A stretch of DNA of 28,307 nt from a virus (IMGVR_UViG_3300020043_004435:1-28307), one strand, 5' to 3'; shown: positions 9,986 to 18,214, counted from the stretch's first letter. The notes: a model not told the origin generated them from the sequence alone. Made by a program: numbers and translations.

Positions 9986-10867
9986 TTAATCAGCCCATTC
10001 AGCCAGAGTACTTGCAAGGTCTGTTGGGTCAGCTACTTTTGCAACGGGTTTCTTCTCCCTTACTACTGGCTCATCCTCATCTTCGTCAACAGCTACGGGA
10101 GCTGCGAGTGCAGGCTTTTTATTAACTACTGGAGCAGGGGCTGTGTCTTTTCTATTAGACCCAAAGTTTGTTGTTATAGCTTGAAGTGCTTCAACTGAAG
10201 TTCCTTTGTCTAATACGGTCTCCATCTCACTTTCAGACAACGCTCTGATAGCACGGAATACCATCTTAGGTGTTGTAGAGTCTGTATCAAAACGAAGCTC
10301 TGTTACAACAGAAGTGATATCAACTCCATACGATGCAACTTGTCTTACATACTGGAATAAAGGCATCTTACCGTTTTCGCCCTTACCAAAAATAGAAGTT
10401 GCAGGGAGAGCTAACTCGTAGATATCACCACTAATATCATTCTCAAGTAACACTGCCAGACGATGCATATAACGACATCCTTTACTTGTACCTTGACCAG
10501 ACCCTGATATGTTCATTGGGCACTGTGCGCAGTTAGAGTGTTTAGGCGACTCAATAGTAGGGCTTGGATGCTCGCCTTCCGAACTCCAGCAGTCAGGTGC
10601 AGACGTTGAACCTTCTTGATATACCCCACCAAAGTACTGGCGAGATGTTTTAGGTGCACTAGCGGCAATAACTACATTCATTGCACGCTCATCATTCTTA
10701 GCAACTTCTTGACCGCCAACATACAAACGGAAGATGTTACCTCTAATTGCAATACGGCGAGCGTCCGATGTACCTATAAGAGCCTTTGTTGTTTCACTTA
10801 GTTCTTTCTTTAAGATGTGTGCTGGAATTGCTACGCCAGATGTAAATAAACCCATTTCATTAGCCAT
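9986..10867 (-). CDS. Probable single-stranded DNA-binding protein with a Cys (Zn) cluster
   Basis: CWS...CAQCPMN...GC Cys cluster; Pro/Ala linker; acidic tail ending LAEWAD; replication-gene context. Confidence 0.65.
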   Translation of the reverse strand: MANEMGLFTSGVAIPAHILKKELSETTKALIGTSDARRIAIRGNIFRLYVGGQEVAKNDERAMNVVIAASAPKTSRQYFGGVYQEGSTSAPDCWSSEGEHPSPTIESPKHSNCAQCPMNISGSGQGTSKGCRYMHRLAVLLENDISGDIYELALPATSIFGKGENGKMPLFQYVRQVASYGVDITSVVTELRFDTDSTTPKMVFRAIRALSESEMETVLDKGTSVEALQAITTNFGSNRKDTAPAPVVNKKPALAAPVAVDEDEDEPVVREKKPVAKVADPTDLASTLAEWAD

Positions 10868-11078
10868 GATTAATTGCCTCTTTAATTTTAGTTACGGTGT
10901 TTCTTTTGATTAAAAGCGCTTTAACTTCAGTTGCGCTTACTAAATGTTGGTTACCTTTAAGGTATGTACTCAGAAGTCCAGATACTCTTAGCTTGGAGAC
11001 ATTTTGTCTAGAACATCCTAGTATCTCCATTACCTGCCGAGTTGTCAAAAATACTTCTTCATCATCTTGCGTATCCAT
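10860..11078 (-). CDS. Small HTH DNA-binding protein (excisionase/HTH_17-like)
   Basis: FLTTRQVMEILGCSRQNVSKLRVSGLL matches the winged-HTH pattern. Confidence 0.75.
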   Translation of the reverse strand: MDTQDDEEVFLTTRQVMEILGCSRQNVSKLRVSGLLSTYLKGNQHLVSATEVKALLIKRNTVTKIKEAINHG

Positions 11079-11079
11079 A

Positions 11080-11472
11080 TCATTTCCTTCTAACAGTTAT
11101 GGCATATTTACTATCAATATTCATGCCTTGAGGCATGAGATTGGGGTTTCCTTCTAAAAAAGATTTCATATTTGTTTGGTGCACTCGTTGCTCAAGTAGC
11201 TCAAACGCATCATGTTCTTTAATAAAATTCTTCATACTGTTCCAATCGCTTGTCCAGTATCTTGTTTTAACAGTTCGGGTTACTGTGCCTGCTGAGGTCT
11301 TAAGACCATCCGTACCTGTTTCCTTGCAAAGCTCAAGTAGAGCTTGTTGTATTGCTTCTTGTTGTATCTTTATTTTACTATCTGCTTCATCAAACTCTTG
11401 TTGAAGCTTTTGCCTCGCATCTCGCATCTTGATATACACTTTAACGAGCTGTTCTACATTATGTGATTCCAT
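11080..11472 (-). CDS. Conserved phage replication-region protein (coiled coil plus KTxxGT...DW motif)
   Basis: Coiled-coil N-terminus, then LKTSAGTV..TRYWTSDW..LLEQRV. The likely start is ATG 11472, with RBS GGAGG. Confidence 0.6.
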   Translation of the reverse strand: MESHNVEQLVKVYIKMRDARQKLQQEFDEADSKIKIQQEAIQQALLELCKETGTDGLKTSAGTVTRTVKTRYWTSDWNSMKNFIKEHDAFELLEQRVHQTNMKSFLEGNPNLMPQGMNIDSKYAITVRRK

Positions 11473-11508
11473 TGTTCCTCCAGTTGTTTTCTTTTTGAAA
11501 GAGTGTGT

Positions 11509-11560
11509 AGTGTACACTTATGTCTACTATCTTGTCAATACGTCAACCAAATATATTTTT
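11509..11560 (-). promoter_or_regulatory. Putative sigma70 promoter for the SSB operon
   Basis: Minus strand TTGACA (11538-11533), 18-nt spacer, TACACT (11514-11509), with an AT-rich upstream tract in the intergenic gap. Confidence 0.55.
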
Positions 11561-13116
11561 TAATTCATAATATCTTTATATAAATCAAGAAGTTTAGTTT
11601 GTGACGCATTTTTATTTTCTAGCACATCTAGCACTTTTTTCTCTACGGGTGAGCCTACAAGATGTACCACGCTACATCTATTCATTTGCCCTGCACGATG
11701 AATACGCGCATTAGCTTGTTTATATGTTTCCAATGAGAGCGTGATACCCCACCAAACAATCGTATTTGCCGCGTGCAAAGTTACCCCATGCGATGCCGCT
11801 TGCGGCTGGATAACAAGGACTTGTGGGTTAGGTGAAGTCTGAAATGCATTAAATATCTCAGCACGTTTATTTGCATTAACCCCTCCATGAATAATCCCAA
11901 CACTATACCCAACATCTAAGAGTATCTTCTCTACTATCTCTATGGTGTGCTTGAACTGCACAAACACAATTGTCTTATGCGATGTCTCTTCTACAATGCT
12001 TAGTAGCTCTGCCGCACGCGCTTTCACATCAAACTCAATCACTTCCCCAGTATCCGAATACACCGCCCCAGATGAAAGTTGTAATAGTTTGTTTAAAGCA
12101 ACTGCCGCATTAGCCGCAGTAATTTCTTCTCCTGCCGCTTCCATAAGCATCTCTTTCTTAAGGAGCTTATAATACTTCTCTTGTTGTGCAGACAGCGGTA
12201 CATTTTTTGTTTGGTATGTGAGTTCTGGTAGGTCTAAACATTCTTCTTTAGTAAACCGTATAGCGGGTTGCATATAACTATGCACTATTTGCTCTGCTTC
12301 TGGTCGGTTCTTAAACGTAAACTGCGATGTGCGTATCTGCACCATATCTCGAAAAGCATTAAATGCTCTGGGTGTATTTTTAGGGTTAACAATTTTAATT
12401 AGTCCGTACGCATCTACTGGTGACTGCGCCGCAGGCGTACCCGTTAACATCCAAAGCCATGTGTCTGCAGTAACTAGGCGGTTCATCGTTTTCCATCTGC
12501 GTGTTGCAACATTCTTCAAATGCGTAGCTTCGTCTACTACAATCAAATCAAACCCACCTTCAGCAATCTCTTTCTCTACTATCTCAACACCATCGAAGTT
12601 TATGATAACGAACTCTGCATTACCTTTAATAATCTGAGCACGCTTCTCTCTACTACCATGTGCAATCTCAACTGAGCGATGCATGGCTGTTTTAAATAAG
12701 TCTTTGCGCCATGCCGCATCCATAATAGATAGAGGGCAAACTACAAGTACACGGCGTATCACTTCTAAGTTCATTAAATAATCTGCCGCCCAAATAACAG
12801 AATTAGTCTTACCTGTTCCCATTTCGTTTAAGCAAAATGCTTTGCGATTAAGTGTTAAAAACTCTGCGGTTACTCGCTGATGGTCAAAGGGTTTATATAC
12901 CCCTGTCCATTTATACTGCGTGCGAATAGGTGAAGGTACGTCTTTGATACCCATATTGTTTAGGATATGCATTTCAGCTAACCCAAAGTTTACCCATACA
13001 TCTGTCGTACCATAGTAGATATCTGTGATTTTGCTTTTAGGTATGACGTTTGTAAATGCATCGGGGTTAGTGGTCTTAATAGACAAGACCTTATCTTGTA
13101 TTACTTCTAATTTCAT
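11560..13116 (-). CDS. SNF2-like superfamily 2 helicase
   Basis: Walker A EMGTGKT, motif II VVDEATH, motif III LTGTP, motif VI QANARIHRAGQ. Confidence 0.9.
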   Translation of the reverse strand: MKLEVIQDKVLSIKTTNPDAFTNVIPKSKITDIYYGTTDVWVNFGLAEMHILNNMGIKDVPSPIRTQYKWTGVYKPFDHQRVTAEFLTLNRKAFCLNEMGTGKTNSVIWAADYLMNLEVIRRVLVVCPLSIMDAAWRKDLFKTAMHRSVEIAHGSREKRAQIIKGNAEFVIINFDGVEIVEKEIAEGGFDLIVVDEATHLKNVATRRWKTMNRLVTADTWLWMLTGTPAAQSPVDAYGLIKIVNPKNTPRAFNAFRDMVQIRTSQFTFKNRPEAEQIVHSYMQPAIRFTKEECLDLPELTYQTKNVPLSAQQEKYYKLLKKEMLMEAAGEEITAANAAVALNKLLQLSSGAVYSDTGEVIEFDVKARAAELLSIVEETSHKTIVFVQFKHTIEIVEKILLDVGYSVGIIHGGVNANKRAEIFNAFQTSPNPQVLVIQPQAASHGVTLHAANTIVWWGITLSLETYKQANARIHRAGQMNRCSVVHLVGSPVEKKVLDVLENKNASQTKLLDLYKDIMN

Positions 13117-13130
13117 TGTTGTTCCTTACA

Positions 13131-13145
13131 GCCCCTTAAGGGGGC
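13131..13145 (-). promoter_or_regulatory. Conserved hairpin element, copy 1 (GCCCC-CTTAA-GGGGC), upstream of the helicase RBS
   Basis: 5-bp stem with a CTTAA loop. A covarying second copy lies at 26984-26998. Confidence 0.45.
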
Positions 13146-13148
13146 GAA

Positions 13149-13358
13149 TCAGTTATCTTCTAGTACTTCAAACAATTGAGGTTTATTTCTATCTCTACTA
13201 AAGTACCACGCTCTAATCTTGTTTAAACACATTTTTCTTTCGCTAAGACGAGTCCTAAGAGACATTGTGCATAGAGCGTCTATGTGACGCTCCACTAGGC
13301 TCTCAGGTAAACCAGACTCCATTGCAATAACTTGCACTGATTTTACGGAAACTTCCAT
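13149..13358 (-). CDS. Hypothetical protein
   Basis: 69-aa ORF tightly packed in the minus-strand operon. Confidence 0.6.
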   Translation of the reverse strand: MEVSVKSVQVIAMESGLPESLVERHIDALCTMSLRTRLSERKMCLNKIRAWYFSRDRNKPQLFEVLEDN

Positions 13359-13359
13359 A

Positions 13360-13653
13360 CTACTTCTTCTTTGGTTTAGCTTTTGGAGGTTCGTTCTTCT
13401 TCATAGTATGGTCACTGTTACGTTGAAACGAACGGTTCACTTCTGGTGTTCTAAGACGTAGGTTGTCTTTACCATTACCTGCTTTAATACCTTTAATATG
13501 GTCAATATCTTTTCCATCACGGTCAATACCCGCTTTATCAAATGCATATCGAGCACGCTGTCTTGCTAATCTAGCTTCGTGAGCTTTGGGACGTTTCTTT
13601 TCTAACTCATACTCCCGCTTAACATTGCGGTCTTCTTTGTTTTTGTAAGGCAT
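13360..13653 (-). CDS. Small HNH endonuclease-like protein
   Basis: GKDIDHIK...GNGKDNLR...NRS beta-beta-alpha-metal pattern with a basic N-terminus. Confidence 0.75.
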   Translation of the reverse strand: MPYKNKEDRNVKREYELEKKRPKAHEARLARQRARYAFDKAGIDRDGKDIDHIKGIKAGNGKDNLRLRTPEVNRSFQRNSDHTMKKNEPPKAKPKKK

Positions 13654-14342
13654 TAGCCCTCCTTGTAGTTACCATTATGAATGCAACGGGTAGCCTGACA
13701 CCACTTTTTACATAGTCCGTTAGGGATAGGGTTAAACACTCCCGTCTCGTAGGCTACTGACCGTTGCGCTAATACAGGCGCTAGTTTACCAAAAATATCT
13801 AGTCTATTCTCGTATGTATATTCTTCTTTAACCATCTCGTTAGCTACTACGAAGAGTAGCATCCCTTTGATAGTCTCAATATACGGGAACTCTAGGAACA
13901 CCGCCGCCGCTAGTAGAGCTAGTTGCTTAGTGTCTGCATACTTTGCTGACTTGCCTGTTTTATAATCCACAATATACGCTTTCTTACTATCTGCGTCTAC
14001 GATGACAAGGTCTGCAATACCACGCCAGTATCTCTCTGGCGCTTCATAATCACAATACGCATACCCAGTATCTGTCTTCGCCACCGCAAGTTTGTATTCA
14101 CAGAGCTTTCTACCTTTGATACTGTTGATAGTATCAAGGAACTTCTTAACAAATATAAACCTCTCTGGTAGCTCTTCCCCTTTACCTATGTAGTTCTCAG
14201 CCGCAAGATGTAGGTCTTTCCCATATAACGTAGCTGATGTATCTGCAAAGGGTATGTACTTTAAAACATGATGTGCTTCGTACTGCTTTGGGCAGGTGAT
14301 AAACCTGCTCAGTGAACTATAAGTAAAACTCGGGACGTTCAT
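13653..14342 (-). CDS. PD-(D/E)XK (Cas4/RecB-like) exonuclease
   Basis: YSSL..F..CP, GIADL, IVDYKTGK, QLALLA and C-terminal CKKWC...C, a four-Cys Fe-S-type arrangement. Confidence 0.85.
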   Translation of the reverse strand: MNVPSFTYSSLSRFITCPKQYEAHHVLKYIPFADTSATLYGKDLHLAAENYIGKGEELPERFIFVKKFLDTINSIKGRKLCEYKLAVAKTDTGYAYCDYEAPERYWRGIADLVIVDADSKKAYIVDYKTGKSAKYADTKQLALLAAAVFLEFPYIETIKGMLLFVVANEMVKEEYTYENRLDIFGKLAPVLAQRSVAYETGVFNPIPNGLCKKWCQATRCIHNGNYKEG

Positions 14343-14457
14343 TTTTGCTTATCCATTTTAAGTAAGCCTTCTCAGGCGATGAGCCTGTACACGTTATAGA
14401 ATCCCACTCTGTGTAGCAGACCCAGAAACTACCTATTTTTCTTATTTTGGGCTTCAA
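14317..14457 (-). CDS. Small hypothetical protein (46 aa, MKPKIRKIGSFWVCY...)
   Basis: Translated by hand from a TTG start. It fills the gap between flanking genes and is below the ORF-track cutoff. Confidence 0.5.
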   Translation of the reverse strand: MKPKIRKIGSFWVCYTEWDSITCTGSSPEKAYLKWISKNERPEFYL

Positions 14458-14647
14458 ACATATCAGCGCAATCTTTGTCACACCATCTCCTCTTGTATCC
14501 TATAAATTCTGCACACGTCCAACACAGCCCCGTAGGGTTAGTCGTATCTATCTTTGAGGCTTTTCTGCATATAAGTGCTATAGCCTTGTCTCGCATCATC
14601 TCCTCATGCAGTGATGCGAGGTCTGTGTTTCCTTCTTCTATTGCCAT
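14429..14647 (-). CDS. TraR/DksA-like C4 zinc-finger protein
   Basis: N-terminal helix 'TDLASLHEEMMRDKAI' followed by TGLCWTCAE..RRWCDKDC. The likely start is ATG 14647. Confidence 0.55.
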   Translation of the reverse strand: MAIEEGNTDLASLHEEMMRDKAIALICRKASKIDTTNPTGLCWTCAEFIGYKRRWCDKDCADMFEAQNKKNR

Positions 14648-14649
14648 AA

Positions 14650-14949
14650 TTATCTTGGGTCGTGAACAAATACTAATCGAGCTAAGTACCATTGTGCTTT
14701 TTGCAAATCTTCGTGTGCTTTACCTTTGTGTTGGCATCGCCATAGATACTTGAACACATTACCTCTCAAATACCCTGTAAATTCTTCTGGTGAAAGCATC
14801 GCTTCCATTGCATCAATACACTCTATTTTACCAGTTTTGTAATGCGAAGGCTCGTTAACCATGTCTGATTTTGCTTCATGTACTGAGTCGCCCATATAGA
14901 GTTGTCCTTGTGTGTATGCGTCATAAATTGTTTTAGGTTTGTCTTTCAT
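14650..14949 (-). CDS. DUF3310-family protein (SaV-like / T7 gp1.7-related)
   Basis: DMVNEPSHY..GKIECID...GNVFKYLWR...EDLQKAQWYL. Confidence 0.85.
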   Translation of the reverse strand: MKDKPKTIYDAYTQGQLYMGDSVHEAKSDMVNEPSHYKTGKIECIDAMEAMLSPEEFTGYLRGNVFKYLWRCQHKGKAHEDLQKAQWYLARLVFVHDPR

Positions 14950-15161
14950 AGTGTCATTTCCCAACCTGTAGGTTTTAGTATTTGGTTTCGTATAAACTCT
15001 GTGCACATCTTATTATCTAGTGAGCTTGAGTCTTTACGTTTTCTTCTTTGCAAAGAGTCTTGTACACCTGCTACTACTGCACACCTCTTACATATTGTAC
15101 TACTTTCTTTAAAGGACTTTTCTTCCTTAATTAAATTACATACTTCACACAGTCTATTCAT
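14946..15161 (-). CDS. Small Zn-finger protein
   Basis: CEVC...CKRC; overlaps both neighbours. Confidence 0.6.
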   Translation of the reverse strand: MNRLCEVCNLIKEEKSFKESSTICKRCAVVAGVQDSLQRRKRKDSSSLDNKMCTEFIRNQILKPTGWEMTL

Positions 15162-15738
15162 CCTCTAGCTCCACAAAGATGTTAGGTGCGATACCATGTA
15201 GCTGACGGTTAATCTCATGTGCTACTGCTCGTATCTCCCATTGCACTTCTTTACCACTACGCAGTTTAATAAAGTCATACCACGCTTGAAAGTTACCTAC
15301 TACCAGCAGTTCTGTTGTTGTACCTTGTGGCAGGATAAATCGTGCATCTTCTTTTTTAACACCCTTAGCGATTAAGTCTTTATATACTTGAGTTAACTCA
15401 GCATACACAGTTTCAAATATTGTCTTATTTTCACCCTTAATTGATGGTGGTAATATTATTTTTACTTCACCCTCATTACAATACCGCTGACTACGTTGCA
15501 AAAAATCAAGATGCTTACTGCGAACAAACTGATGGCTACATATACGGCTAATATCTTCAACCAAAAACGTAGCATGAGCAAACCGCAGTGTTGATAAATG
15601 TCCTTTAGTTACGCAGTGTGTTGCTCTCTTGATACACTGCTCTGGTGATTGCTCACCCGTCTTACCGTAGCAGATACCTGCAAGTAGTCCGATATGTTCT
15701 TCTGGGTTTGGTGTGTGTTGAACTAGTGTTACTTTCAT
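15154..15738 (-). CDS. thyX: Flavin-dependent thymidylate synthase ThyX (variant motif)
   Basis: GHLS, ISRICSHQFVR...SQRY, EDARFILPQ, LR...VQWEIR. Confidence 0.88.
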   Translation of the reverse strand: MKVTLVQHTPNPEEHIGLLAGICYGKTGEQSPEQCIKRATHCVTKGHLSTLRFAHATFLVEDISRICSHQFVRSKHLDFLQRSQRYCNEGEVKIILPPSIKGENKTIFETVYAELTQVYKDLIAKGVKKEDARFILPQGTTTELLVVGNFQAWYDFIKLRSGKEVQWEIRAVAHEINRQLHGIAPNIFVELEDE

Positions 15739-16039
15739 TTCTTATCCTCCCATGATAAATTGTACCTTTCTTTTAGTTTAAGCTTTAGTACCCCTCTATC
15801 GTCTACCCCATCCTCTTCATAGTCAGCCATGTTACAAAAAGCATAAGGTGATTCCTCGTCAGGCACGCTGTCATACAACTCGCGTAATACTTCTTGCATA
15901 TCCCAGAAAGCGTCCTTCACCTTTTTAAATTCTTTATATAACTCTTCACTCACTTCAACTTCTTTACCAAAACTACCCTCCATATCATATACTGGGTAGA
16001 GTTCATCCTCGCTAACTTTTAATTTCATTTCTTATCCTC
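15733..16039. repeat. 17-bp perfect direct repeat TTTCATTTCTTATCCTC at 15733-15749 and 16023-16039
   Basis: Read directly from the sequence; the two copies flank the 97-aa ORF. Confidence 0.85.
15735..16028 (-). CDS. Acidic hypothetical protein
   Basis: 97-aa ORF with a GAGG RBS and ATGA overlaps at both ends. Confidence 0.7.
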   Translation of the reverse strand: MKLKVSEDELYPVYDMEGSFGKEVEVSEELYKEFKKVKDAFWDMQEVLRELYDSVPDEESPYAFCNMADYEEDGVDDRGVLKLKLKERYNLSWEDKK

Positions 16040-16228
16040 GCTAAGTGCATACGGATGACACGTTAAGTTCCATCTTGTCATACTCATATCTAGTGACTTT
16101 AATACAAAGTCTTGTCGTACCGCCGCACTCTCACAGCTTGGTTTATCTGCAAATGATGTTGTGGTTTGAATAACTTTACCTTGCGATAAGATAGTGCTGA
16201 TTAAAATATAAGCTGTTGGACTAATCAT
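16025..16228 (-). CDS. Small putative exported protein with a Cys pair
   Basis: Hydrophobic N-terminus (AYILISTIL), FADKPSCESA, and C-terminal LTC. The likely start is ATG 16228. Confidence 0.55.
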   Translation of the reverse strand: MISPTAYILISTILSQGKVIQTTTSFADKPSCESAAVRQDFVLKSLDMSMTRWNLTCHPYALSEDKK

Positions 16229-16664
16229 TTCCTGTACTCCCAAAGCCACCTTCACCACGCTCAGTACTGCTACTGAACTCGTCTACTTCTACAAACTCCG
16301 CTCTGATTACTGGCACAAACAGCATCTGTGCAATCCTATCCTGCGGTGAGATTTTATACAGTCCGTTACCTGTGTTCTTAATAGATACTTTAAGCTCACC
16401 TTGATAGTCACTGTCGATAAGTCCTACTGAGTTACCCAGCTTAATCCCGTAGTTATGCCCAAGCCCACTGCGTGGCATGATAAGAGCCGCTGCTTCTACG
16501 TCATGGATATTGATTGCAATGCCTGTTGGTATCATCGCCACTTCACCTAAATCTAGCTTAATAGGCTTTGTGATGTTAGCTCTTAAGTCTACTGCCGCAC
16601 TACCTGTAGTTTCATAGGCAGGGATAATTACATTCTTAGTTAGTTTTTTAATTTCAATTTTCAT
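16221..16664 (-). CDS. dut: Trimeric dUTPase
   Basis: All five motifs are present: AAVDL, PRSG, GLIDSDYQG, DRIAQ, RGEGGFGSTG. Start ATG 16664 with a GGAG RBS. Confidence 0.95.
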   Translation of the reverse strand: MKIEIKKLTKNVIIPAYETTGSAAVDLRANITKPIKLDLGEVAMIPTGIAINIHDVEAAALIMPRSGLGHNYGIKLGNSVGLIDSDYQGELKVSIKNTGNGLYKISPQDRIAQMLFVPVIRAEFVEVDEFSSSTERGEGGFGSTGND

Positions 16665-16812
16665 TTTGTTTCTCCAATACATAGTCAGTTAACTCACCAA
16701 CAATATTAATCAGTTCGTCTTGATGGTAGTCGGGTACATTGGTTTGCATAAAGACATACATCTCTAAACCCGACAAGAGTTTAAGTATGCGCAGTGCTTG
16801 TTCTTTACTCAT
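16654..16812 (-). CDS. Small hypothetical protein (52 aa, MSKEQALRILKLL...)
   Basis: Translated by hand; GAGGTGG RBS and ATGA overlap with the upstream ORF. Confidence 0.6.
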   Translation of the reverse strand: MSKEQALRILKLLSGLEMYVFMQTNVPDYHQDELINIVGELTDYVLEKQNEN

Positions 16813-17003
16813 AACTCCACCTCATCAATAATTTCCTCAAAAGAATTAAAAAAATCATTTTTAGTTCTAACAAACACTTCACGAAGTTTATTTGTATTAC
16901 AATAAACAATACCGTCAACCCACTTATCACCAATTTGTACACGACACGCAGTTTCAAGTAAGCAAACGTCACCAGTTATTTTGTTCTTGTATTGAATACT
17001 CAT
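16809..17003 (-). CDS. DUF1653-like small beta-barrel protein
   Basis: YKNKITG...IVY...VFVR...F...F pattern. Confidence 0.5.
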   Translation of the reverse strand: MSIQYKNKITGDVCLLETACRVQIGDKWVDGIVYCNTNKLREVFVRTKNDFFNSFEEIIDEVEL

Positions 17004-17461
17004 AAATCAACCTCCCCAGAATTCAGCATATTGCAAGCCTTTTGTGCTGCTTCTTTATTTGTGAAGTAAGGCGTAATGCTTTCACAAAATATATCCGTTG
17101 AAATATACCAACATCCCCTTTCGTGAGAAAAATAAACATTATATTTTTCTATATAATCATCACCCCAATACACATCCTCATCACCACACAACTCATCACG
17201 CAATGCTAACAGGCGATTAAACCTACGCATCTCAACTGCTGCGCGTTGTGCTTGTTGCCGTGCTGGACGTTCCACTCCAAATTCCTTATGTGGAGTATCA
17301 CTACCGCCCACTACTTCAGACACTTTTCCACTGCTTTGAATAAAAAAGTTCCCACCTTTAGGTTGCCATTTTGCTACAGGTTCATTAGGAAATAGGATGC
17401 GTGATTCAAATTCAGAAACTTTTGCTTTTAACTCTTGTAATTCTTTTTGTAAGTCGTTCAT
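17000..17461 (-). CDS. Hypothetical phage protein
   Basis: 153-aa ORF with a GGAG RBS and an N-terminal coiled coil. Confidence 0.7.
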   Translation of the reverse strand: MNDLQKELQELKAKVSEFESRILFPNEPVAKWQPKGGNFFIQSSGKVSEVVGGSDTPHKEFGVERPARQQAQRAAVEMRRFNRLLALRDELCGDEDVYWGDDYIEKYNVYFSHERGCWYISTDIFCESITPYFTNKEAAQKACNMLNSGEVDL

Positions 17462-17600
17462 TTTGTGCTCTCCAATATTGTTTTAAGTTAAGCCTTGTGT
17501 GATCCGTATCTATGTCGTACCGCAGGTTTAATTCGTCCATCATTCTTGGTCGTGACTTCCTGCCATAATAGTAAAATTTACCGCACTTAGTTATTGGCAT
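17412..17600 (-). CDS. Small basic hypothetical protein (MPITKCGK...)
   Basis: Fills the gap between nrdJb and the next gene; the likely start is ATG 17600. Confidence 0.5.
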   Translation of the reverse strand: MPITKCGKFYYYGRKSRPRMMDELNLRYDIDTDHTRLNLKQYWRAQNERLTKRITRVKSKSF

Positions 17601-18214
17601 TTTGAAAAACCGCAACTGACGCAAGTAATACAACCATCCATCAATATTAAAGATTTGGTGTTGCATGATGTGCATAACTCAGCGTTCTTAATACCTTCTT
17701 CACCTACTTCTTCACGCTTTGCTTTAATAAACGCCTGCTGATGCTCATCAACCACAGTCTTAATCACACCAATCGACTTTAAATGTTGCTCAATCACACT
17801 CCCAATCTCAGCTACGAGTGATGGCATATACACACCACCTCGTTTATAGTAACCTCCTTTCGGATCGAACACATTTTTCAGCTCCTCAACAAGGAAAGTA
17901 GAGTCACCGCCTTTACGCCATACAGCAGATACCAATCGTGTCAATGCAAGTACCCATTGAAAATGCTCCATGTTCTTAGAGTTAATAAACATTTCATAGG
18001 GGTGGCGCTCGTCACCGTTAAGCACCATATCGTTAATCGTGATATACAGAGCGTGCTCGCTCTGAGGTGTCTTAATCTTATATGTCGTCCCTTGCAGGTA
18101 CTCTGGTCTAGGTAGTAGCTCGTGCATTACTTCTTGCGGTTGTGTTTCAACTGTCAAGGATTCCTTGACAGTTACTTTGTACCCTGTAATCTTCTTACCT
18201 ATTGTGTATGTCAT
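17591..18214 (-). CDS. nrdJb: NrdJb: small subunit of split class II (B12-dependent) ribonucleotide reductase (TSCPD domain plus C-terminal Cys cluster)
   Basis: KKITGY N-terminus; MHE..PRPEYLQGTTYKIKTP.SEHALYITIND; FINSKNMEHFQW..ALTRL.SAV.RKGGD.TFLVEELK.VFDP.GGY; C-terminal CxxC...DGCxxCxxCGxSKC. Confidence 0.85.
   Translation of the reverse strand: MTYTIGKKITGYKVTVKESLTVETQPQEVMHELLPRPEYLQGTTYKIKTPQSEHALYITINDMVLNGDERHPYEMFINSKNMEHFQWVLALTRLVSAVWRKGGDSTFLVEELKNVFDPKGGYYKRGGVYMPSLVAEIGSVIEQHLKSIGVIKTVVDEHQQAFIKAKREEVGEEGIKNAELCTSCNTKSLILMDGCITCVSCGFSKCQ

Noticed and set aside
10860-11078. Excisionase-like HTH as evidence of a temperate lifestyle
   Set aside because: HTH_17-like proteins are common in replication modules, and no integrase or repressor is visible in the window.
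11509-11518. 10-bp palindrome AGTGTACACT
   Set aside because: It is a single short occurrence that coincides with the -10 box and cannot be told apart from chance.
12518-12540. Helicase motif II reading DEATH rather than DEAH
   Set aside because: DExx-H variation is ordinary in phage SNF2-like helicases, and the other motifs are intact.
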